Assembly: GCA_945862045.1 (NCBI GenBank)
Contig: CAMAWR010000004.1
Location: 5,376 to 69,375 of the forward strand
From: Bifidobacterium breve
GTDB lineage: Bacteria; Actinomycetota; Acidimicrobiia; Acidimicrobiales; Ilumatobacteraceae
DNA length: 64,000 nucleotides
Reading direction: 5' to 3'
This document shows positions 57,979 through 64,000 of the stretch, piece after piece. Below the pieces are notes generated by a model. It was not told the DNA's origin. It did not search any database and saw only the letters and a list, made by a program, of their open reading frames with translations. How positions within the stretch are numbered: position 1 is the first letter of the stretch; each line of letters begins with the position of its first letter. A program made the translations under genes and the position numbers.

Positions 57979-59892
57979 CTACGGCTCAACGATGGGGAAA
58001 CCTACCGAAAACGTATCCAAATTGCCAAAGATGGTAACCAGGGCACCAGCGTCACCTTCAAGGGATATCTGTCCGGCCTTGATTGCGTCCACAAACGTGG
58101 TGTCTTGTGTGACCACATCAAGCAAGAGCGAGCGACTCATCGTGACTGCAGCAACTGCACGCGAATCGTGACGGCCTCGTGACGAATACATCGTGCGATG
58201 CGAGATACCAAGTACCCAACGCTCATCGGGTGTGCCGTGCAGATCGGTGAATGTCCAGTTCATCGCGAGTGCTACCCCGTCAAGTTTCTCCGACATTGTT
58301 CGCACAGCCAACGCATCAAACACTTGCTCGACGGTCATCTCGCGAATCAATCCTCGTGCGCGAACATTCACACTTCGCCCTGTTGGTGGGCCCTGTCGTA
58401 ATTCTTGGGCACCCATCAAATAGGCACTGCGGAACGTCGACGACTCTGCCTGATAGGCCATCTGCTCGAGCGCGTCGGCTTGCAGTGCGCGAGCGTTCTT
58501 GTTGGTGGGGTCGGCAAACACCAAGTGATTCACCAGTTCAGCAACCCAGCGATATTCACCCATATCAAACGCCGCGTGCGCCACTTTCAACAATTGATTG
58601 GCACCACCAGCCAACTCCACATATCGCTTGCCTACTTCTGTAGGTGGCAATTTGTGCAGGTTCGCTGGATTGCCGTCATACCAACTCAAGTACCGCTGAT
58701 ACACGGCCTTGGCGTTGTGTACCAAATCGCCATAGAAGCCACGCGTGTGTTCGTGTGCAAGGAAATCATCGGGAAGTGACAGTGTCTCGGCAATCTCCAG
58801 TGGCGTAAAACCAAGATTTGCGTAGCGCATCGTTTGATCATGTATCCATTTATAGAGGTCACGTTGCAATGTCAAAAAGTCTTGCAAATCCTCACTGCCC
58901 CAACGCGGCCAGTTGTGTGACGTAAACAGCACTTCTGCATCCGCGCCAAATAACAACAGGCTCTCGTTGATGTATTTCGACCAGTTCAGTGCGTTTCGCA
59001 CCAATGCACCACGAATCGGCACCAAGTTGTGCATGGTGTGCGAACAGTTCTCCGCCATGCACAGGGCACGCAGATCCGGGAAGTAAAAGTTCATCTCCGC
59101 CGGCGCTTCTGTTTCTGGTGTCAACTGGAACACCACGCGTACACCATCAACCACAAGTTCCTGTCCTGTTGCGGTGATTTCTTCTGTTGGGGCGAGCAAA
59201 GATGGTGGGCTAGTGGGTACGGCAATGCCAAGCCCACAATCCACTTGGCCTTGCGGGCCAACCGGCAAGAGTGGCCCAAATTGATAGGTTGCACGCCGAG
59301 CCATGGCTGGGCCGGCGATGATGTTCTCGCTAATTGTCTCTCGCAAAAAATGCTCGGGGGCAATGATTCGACACTTGCCAGCATCAACTTCTGCTCGACT
59401 CGTTACCCCAAGCACCCCGCCAAAGTGATCGGCATGTGAGTGGGTGTAGATCACCGCGGTGACAGGACAATCCTCGACGTGTTCGCGTACCAATTTGAGC
59501 GAGGCGTGGGCTGTGTATTCGCTCGAGAGGGGGTCGACAACAATCCAGCCTTGGGTCCCTCGAATGAATGTGATGTTGGAAATGTCATAGCCACGCACTT
59601 GCCAAACGCCATCAATCACTTTGAACAAGCCATGATGCGCATTCAACGTGGCATGTCGCCACAAATTAGGGTTTACGGTGTCGGGCGCTGCATCACCTTG
59701 GCGCAGAAAGTCATACGAGCCAATATCAAACACGCGGTGGCCGTCGGCACTCGTAATCACCGACTCACGAAGGGATGCGATATAACCCCGACGTACACGC
59801 TCCAGATCTGAAGGATCGGGTGTTCGATTGCTCGCAAGTCGATTTGCTGCAACGGTGTGCTCCGAAGCATTTTTGGGCTTCTGTGTCACCAC
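57979..59892 (-). CDS. alkyl/aryl-sulfatase of the metallo-beta-lactamase fold (SdsA1/BDS1-like)
   Basis: 637 aa with the MBL motif YTHSHADHFGG, a long dimerisation region, and a C-terminal SCP2-like tail. Confidence 0.8.
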   Translation of the reverse strand: MVTQKPKNASEHTVAANRLASNRTPDPSDLERVRRGYIASLRESVITSADGHRVFDIGSYDFLRQGDAAPDTVNPNLWRHATLNAHHGLFKVIDGVWQVRGYDISNITFIRGTQGWIVVDPLSSEYTAHASLKLVREHVEDCPVTAVIYTHSHADHFGGVLGVTSRAEVDAGKCRIIAPEHFLRETISENIIAGPAMARRATYQFGPLLPVGPQGQVDCGLGIAVPTSPPSLLAPTEEITATGQELVVDGVRVVFQLTPETEAPAEMNFYFPDLRALCMAENCSHTMHNLVPIRGALVRNALNWSKYINESLLLFGADAEVLFTSHNWPRWGSEDLQDFLTLQRDLYKWIHDQTMRYANLGFTPLEIAETLSLPDDFLAHEHTRGFYGDLVHNAKAVYQRYLSWYDGNPANLHKLPPTEVGKRYVELAGGANQLLKVAHAAFDMGEYRWVAELVNHLVFADPTNKNARALQADALEQMAYQAESSTFRSAYLMGAQELRQGPPTGRSVNVRARGLIREMTVEQVFDALAVRTMSEKLDGVALAMNWTFTDLHGTPDERWVLGISHRTMYSSRGRHDSRAVAAVTMSRSLLLDVVTQDTTFVDAIKAGQISLEGDAGALVTIFGNLDTFSVGFPIVEP

Positions 59893-59986
59893 GCACGGAG
59901 ACTACTTATCTTGTTGTTTGTTCTGCGACTCAGGGCGTGGTGTCTCGTGGATTACACCAGACTGAAGCATCATGCAACCCACTTAG

Positions 59987-60157
59987 CTGAGAATCTTCAC
60001 CTTGCTCACCGTCGTATGTGTCGCAAGTTGCGCAAGCACAAACACCGACTCCGACACCGCAGTTGTTGATTCCACCACGAACCAGAGTTTGATCACTTCA
60101 ACGACGACCGCTGCAGCGCTTGGTGCCGCATCGCCGGGCTTTGACACCATCACTGTC
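59987..60157 (+). pseudogene. possible 5' fragment of a lipoprotein gene truncated at the edge of the low-GC glycan cluster
   Basis: An open frame begins right after a TAG at 59984-59986. It reads LRIFTLLTVVCVASC-ASTNTDSDTAVVDSTTNQSLITSTTTAAALGAASPGFDTITVLAE. This is a lipobox-like VASC followed by a Ser/Thr-rich linker. No ATG or GTG sits at the expected place (only CTG at 59987 or TTG at 60002). Beyond 60157 the frame merely runs antisense through the glycosyltransferase gene. Confidence 0.3.
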
Positions 60158-60880
60158 TTAGCGGAGTCGCACAAATCGGTACTTCACCAGGGCCACCAAC
60201 CAGGTGAGAGGGTCGCGTATCCAACGAACTTTTTTTCCACTCTCGAAACTCCGCGATACATAGGTAATTGGGATTTCAATTGGTTGATGACCACTACGAA
60301 CGAGTTTCGCTACAAGTTCCCAGTCAAAGTCAAAACGATTTGCTTCGAGGCGTAGTCCCTTAATGCAGTGGCGTCGAAATACCTTATACATCGTGAATGG
60401 ATCCTTCAACCAGCATCCATAAACCACATTGAATAGAAGAGTAAACACCAAGTGTGCTGAATTCACGATAAAAAATCGGAATCGTTGCTCTGAAGGTCGC
60501 CTCATTGCCTGTCCGGACTGATGCCGAGAACCGAGTACGAATGTCACCGCTTCATCATGAAATGGAGCCAACAGTTTTGGGTAGTCCTTTACCGTGTACT
60601 CACTATCAGCATCATTTATGAGGATGATATCCCCAGTTGCGACAGCCAAACCAGCGCGCACCGCATTACCTTTGCCGCGTGGGGCCTCTTGTAAAATAAT
60701 TTTGACACGGTGATCTTCCGCGAACTTCTTGACTATCTCCCGTGACCCGTCACTGGAGTTGCTCTCCACAATAATGAGTTCAAGTTTGTGACCATCGGTC
60801 GACGCGTTAAGCACATCATTAATCGTTGACTCGACCGTCTTCCCCTCGTTGTAGACCGCCATGACTACTGTCAGCGTCAT
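60158..60880 (-). CDS. family 2 glycosyltransferase
   Basis: 240 aa with VVMAVYNEGKTV, IIVESNSSDGS and LINDADSEY (DxD-type) motifs. Confidence 0.85.
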   Translation of the reverse strand: MTLTVVMAVYNEGKTVESTINDVLNASTDGHKLELIIVESNSSDGSREIVKKFAEDHRVKIILQEAPRGKGNAVRAGLAVATGDIILINDADSEYTVKDYPKLLAPFHDEAVTFVLGSRHQSGQAMRRPSEQRFRFFIVNSAHLVFTLLFNVVYGCWLKDPFTMYKVFRRHCIKGLRLEANRFDFDWELVAKLVRSGHQPIEIPITYVSRSFESGKKVRWIRDPLTWLVALVKYRFVRLR

Positions 60881-60910
60881 CAGTATGGGCTAATTCTAAA
60901 ACATGTACCC

Positions 60911-61888
60911 ATGCCCAAGGGTACCATTTATTACGTGAAGATCGCCGTGACTGGTGGTGCGGGCTTCATCGGATCCAATCTCGTGCTTCGACTTCTCAAC
61001 GATGGTCATTATGTGACGATAATCGACAACTTTTCTACTGGGCGAATTGAAAATCTTGGAGATGATTTACACCATCCTCGACTAGTCATCAATCGAATTG
61101 ATTTGACTGATGGTGATGCAACATGCAAAACACTTACGGATGTCGACGTCGTCTACCACCTCGCTGCAAATGCAGATGTGAGAGACGGCTGGAAGCACCC
61201 TCGCAAGGACCACGAACAGAACATTATGGCGACGCATAATGTTCTCGAGGCAATGCGACTCAACTCCATCCCACGAATAGTGTTCTCGAGCACTGGCTCA
61301 GTTTATGGCGAAACAAAGGTGGTTCCGACGCCCGAGAATGCACCATTCCCCATTCAGACTTCGTTGTACGGAGCGTCAAAACTTGCCGCCGAGGCACTTA
61401 TTCAGGCCTATGTTGAGGGCGGTCTCGTCACCGCCACGATCTTCCGCTTCGTCTCAATCCTTGGGCCTCGCTATTCACATGGCCACATAACAGATTTCAT
61501 GCGTCAACTACTCCGCAACCCCGATGAACTCATGGTGCTCGGTGACGGCTCGCAAACCAAAAGTTACCTGCACGTCAATGACTGTGTCGATGCACTTGTC
61601 AATCATTTGGTGTCACGTGACAAGATGTGTACTTACAACCTCGGTGTTGATCACACCATCACCGTGCACGACTCCATTGGCTGGATCACTGCCGAGATGG
61701 GGCTCACCCCGACGCTCAAGTTCTCTGGAGGCAACCAAGGCTGGATTGGTGATAATCCCCTCATTCACTTAGATATAGCGGCAATTCGCAAGTCGGGCTG
61801 GGAGCCCAAATATTCCATCAAGGAGTCCGTGATTGAAACGACACGGTGGATTCTTGCCAATCGCTGGGTGCTAGAGCCAAAGGCCTGA
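60911..61888 (+). CDS. NAD-dependent nucleotide-sugar epimerase/dehydratase
   Basis: 325 aa with VTGGAGFIGSNLV, SSTGSVYG and YGASKLAAE (YxxxK). Confidence 0.9.
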   Translation: MPKGTIYYVKIAVTGGAGFIGSNLVLRLLNDGHYVTIIDNFSTGRIENLGDDLHHPRLVINRIDLTDGDATCKTLTDVDVVYHLAANADVRDGWKHPRKDHEQNIMATHNVLEAMRLNSIPRIVFSSTGSVYGETKVVPTPENAPFPIQTSLYGASKLAAEALIQAYVEGGLVTATIFRFVSILGPRYSHGHITDFMRQLLRNPDELMVLGDGSQTKSYLHVNDCVDALVNHLVSRDKMCTYNLGVDHTITVHDSIGWITAEMGLTPTLKFSGGNQGWIGDNPLIHLDIAAIRKSGWEPKYSIKESVIETTRWILANRWVLEPKA

Positions 61889-61892
61889 CCGT

Positions 61893-62729
61893 ATGACCTC
61901 CAGAGCGATAATCACCGGAGCTAGCCGCGGACTTGGATTACTCACGGCTCAGCATCTTCGTAAAAGTGGGTGGCGCGTCGGAATAATCGCACGCACATCA
62001 CCAGCTGACACAGAATGGTCGGAGCATTCAATTGACTCTTTTTTTACTGCTGGTGATGTTGCAGATGCACAAGACATGATTCGTTGTGCCGACATGACAA
62101 ATGAGAGTCTCGGTAATGCGCGACTGCTCGTGTGCAATGCAGCAGTTCTTGGCCCAGTCGGTCAGTTGCACGAGACCAATGCGATCGAATTTCAACACAC
62201 GTTTGCCGTCAATGTACTTGGTGTCATCAACACGATTAAGGCGTACTGGACGCAACTTCTGGATGTCGGCGATGCGCGAGTGATTGTCGTTTCAGGTGGT
62301 GGAGTAGGTGGCCCACGACCGATGCTGCGTGCGCCTGCATATGCGCCGTCAAAATCAGCACTTGCCAGCCTTGTCGAAGTATTAGCACCTGAGTTTGCAG
62401 ATATCGGGGCAGCAATTACTGCAGTGGCGCCAGGAGCGGTGCTACCAACTGACTTTCTATCTTCAGTCACTGACGCAACAGTTGAGACTGCTGGTGCTCA
62501 ATTAGTTGCTGAGGCCGCGATGCAACGAAGCGCCCCGAGCAATGGTGCCGACGGTTATCTTCGCCTTCTTGATTATCTTGCGGGGCCACAAGGTAAATAC
62601 CTCAACGGTGCCACCTTGAGTGGAAAGTGGAATACTCCAGAGCAGCTGGATGCCGTCTTGCAACGGGGGCTCTCGCCGAGCATGTATCGACTGCGAAGAA
62701 TAGACGGTGATCTCTATGACGAACGATGA
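61893..62729 (+). CDS. SDR family oxidoreductase
   Basis: 278 aa with ITGASRGLG, NAAVLG and a Y..SKSAL context. Confidence 0.7.
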   Translation: MTSRAIITGASRGLGLLTAQHLRKSGWRVGIIARTSPADTEWSEHSIDSFFTAGDVADAQDMIRCADMTNESLGNARLLVCNAAVLGPVGQLHETNAIEFQHTFAVNVLGVINTIKAYWTQLLDVGDARVIVVSGGGVGGPRPMLRAPAYAPSKSALASLVEVLAPEFADIGAAITAVAPGAVLPTDFLSSVTDATVETAGAQLVAEAAMQRSAPSNGADGYLRLLDYLAGPQGKYLNGATLSGKWNTPEQLDAVLQRGLSPSMYRLRRIDGDLYDER

Positions 62730-63717
62730 CATTCCCAAAAAACAGGTTTACGGTGTCGGACTTATCGGCTGTGGAAAGATCGGTGAAAAACGTGTCGCAT
62801 CTTTGCCGCCTAGCTGTATTCTGCGTGGGGTTTACGACGTGCGATTAGATACCGCGCGCGCATTAGCTGCTCGTTTCTCTGCTGGCCTGTGTGAAACCCA
62901 CGACGACCTATTACGGCGTGACGATATTGACATCATAATTATTGCGACTACCCATGACCACTTGGCTCCGCTCACGACTGCAGCGCTGAAACAAGGCAAA
63001 CACGTATTCGTAGAAAAGCCAGGCGGACGCAACACCATCGAACTTCTCCAGCTCCAAGAAGTCGCCGAGCAGCAAAAGATGTGTGTGGCCATTGGTTTCA
63101 ATCATCGCTTTCACCCGGCAGTCGCTGCAGCCAAATCGATCATCGATAGTGGAAACTATGGGCGGCTCCTCTGGATACGCGGTCGCTACGGACATGGCGG
63201 ACGAGTCGGCTATGAAAGTGAGTGGCGCGCCTCACGTCAGGTATCGGGTGGTGGTGAACTGATGGATCAGGGATGCCACCTCATCGACTTAACATTGCAC
63301 CTCTGCGGCAAAGTACAACTTGATTATGCGCGTCTCACTACTTCGTTTTGGCCAATGGAGGTTGAAGATAACGCCTTCCTCTCACTGACCACCGCCGAAG
63401 GGGCGACTGTCTGGCTTCATGTTTCTTGGACAGAGTGGAAAAATATGTTCTCGCTCGAAATAACTCTTGAGCGAGCAAAGATCGAGGTCAACGGGCTCGG
63501 CGGAAGTTACGGCACGGAAGTGCTCACTCTTCATGAGATGAAGCCCGAGATGGGACCACCTCTTACGTCCCACACTGAGTTTCCTGGGGTCGATGACTCA
63601 TGGCGGCTGGAGCTCCTCGATTTCCTTGCGCGCATTGACGGCAAATCAGCGCAGGGTGCTGATTTGCCATCGGCAATTGCCGTTCATGAAATTATTGCTG
63701 AGGCCTACCGACGATGA
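62707..63717 (+). CDS. Gfo/Idh/MocA family oxidoreductase
   Basis: 336 aa with VGLIGCGKIGEKR, a VFVEKP motif, and a C-terminal alpha/beta domain. Overlaps the SDR gene's 3' end. Confidence 0.85.
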   Translation: MISMTNDDIPKKQVYGVGLIGCGKIGEKRVASLPPSCILRGVYDVRLDTARALAARFSAGLCETHDDLLRRDDIDIIIIATTHDHLAPLTTAALKQGKHVFVEKPGGRNTIELLQLQEVAEQQKMCVAIGFNHRFHPAVAAAKSIIDSGNYGRLLWIRGRYGHGGRVGYESEWRASRQVSGGGELMDQGCHLIDLTLHLCGKVQLDYARLTTSFWPMEVEDNAFLSLTTAEGATVWLHVSWTEWKNMFSLEITLERAKIEVNGLGGSYGTEVLTLHEMKPEMGPPLTSHTEFPGVDDSWRLELLDFLARIDGKSAQGADLPSAIAVHEIIAEAYRR

Positions 63718-64000
63718 TCATCACTCGAACACCACTCCGCATCTCTCTGGGTGGTGGTGGCACCGATCTGCCTTCCTACTACCGTGTCAATGGACATGGT
63801 TTCCTCATTGCTGCAGCAATCACACGTCACGTTTACATCGCCGTCAACGACAACTTTGACAATGATTACTTGCTGAAGTACAGCAACATCGAGCGCGTTA
63901 CTGATGCACAGTCAATCAAACACCCTCTGCTCCGTGAGTGCATCAAGGCATTCGATATTCCAAGTTCAATCGAAATTTCATCAATGGCTGATATTCCTGC
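63714..64000 (+). CDS. GHMP-family sugar kinase, N-terminal part (runs off the right edge)
   Basis: Not in the ORF track because it has no stop. The ATG at 63714 overlaps the upstream TGA (ATGA). The translation MIITRTPLRISLGGGGTDLPSYYRVNGHGFLIAAAITRHVYIAV...SSMADIPA resembles heptose-7-phosphate / fucose-type GHMP kinases of polysaccharide clusters. Confidence 0.75.
   Translation, partial: MIITRTPLRISLGGGGTDLPSYYRVNGHGFLIAAAITRHVYIAVNDNFDNDYLLKYSNIERVTDAQSIKHPLLRECIKAFDIPSSIEISSMADIP

Noticed and set aside
60002-60355. 117-aa plus-strand ORF taken as an intact gene
   Set aside because: Beyond 60157 it is antisense to the glycosyltransferase gene. Only the first ~55 codons look like real (lipoprotein) coding sequence, so it is reported as a possible truncated pseudogene instead.
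1-64000. Search for defence systems, toxin-antitoxin pairs, prophage, IS elements, retrons/DGRs, rRNA and additional tRNAs
   Set aside because: No ORF shows nuclease/ATPase defence hallmarks, reverse transcriptase, integrase, transposase, or capsid/terminase motifs. The only tRNA-like sequences are at 51740-51815 and the half-copy at 52753-52797. Absence is based on reading, not on HMM searches.

Overview
The window is about 64 kb of a moderately GC-rich chromosome that looks actinobacterial. The taxon is my inference from gene content: an F420-type LLM oxidoreductase, a RipA-like coiled-coil NlpC/P60, an sdhCAB of the single-anchor type, and many GTG starts with 4-nt start/stop overlaps. Most of it is core metabolism.

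**Core genes**
- 1-12.4 kb holds a near-complete de novo purine cluster. A tightly coupled minus-strand operon runs purSL-purQ-purC-purF-purD/M-purN-guaB, with divergent purE-purK and convergent purH.
- The cluster has two unusual gene fusions: PurD-PurM, and tandem-PurS-PurL.
- TCA and energy genes follow: sdhCAB, H+-pyrophosphatase, mdh, sucCD, metF and NDH-2.
- Also present are pcrA, guaA, and an FMN-riboswitch-controlled ribD-ribBA-ribH operon.

**Accessory patches (visibly lower GC)**
- A beta-oxidation cassette at 14.4-17.9 kb sits inside the scar of an old tandem duplication. The scar is a chimeric dedA-fragment/MFS-pseudogene junction at 17.99 kb.
- A roughly 1 kb integrase-less remnant lies between tRNA-Arg(TCG) and a 45-nt copy of its 3' half (51.7-52.8 kb).
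- A 55-64 kb block carries transporter, methyltransferase and sulfatase genes, then a sugar-nucleotide/glycosyltransferase cluster that appears to have truncated a lipoprotein gene at about 60.16 kb.

**Not found:** rRNA, CRISPR array, transposase or integrase ORF, or any recognisable defence, toxin-antitoxin or phage module.

**Verdict on a novel system:** I could not find a convincing undescribed multi-gene system. The most interesting items are the two purine fusions, the duplication scar, the tRNA mini-island with its GGTCACAAC repeats, a secreted prokaryotic-type phospholipase A2, two small ORFs missing from the ORF track, and several unusual translational couplings (B12-domain protein with sucCD, hppA with an SCP2 protein). 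All protein calls rest on motif recognition by eye, not on database searches.
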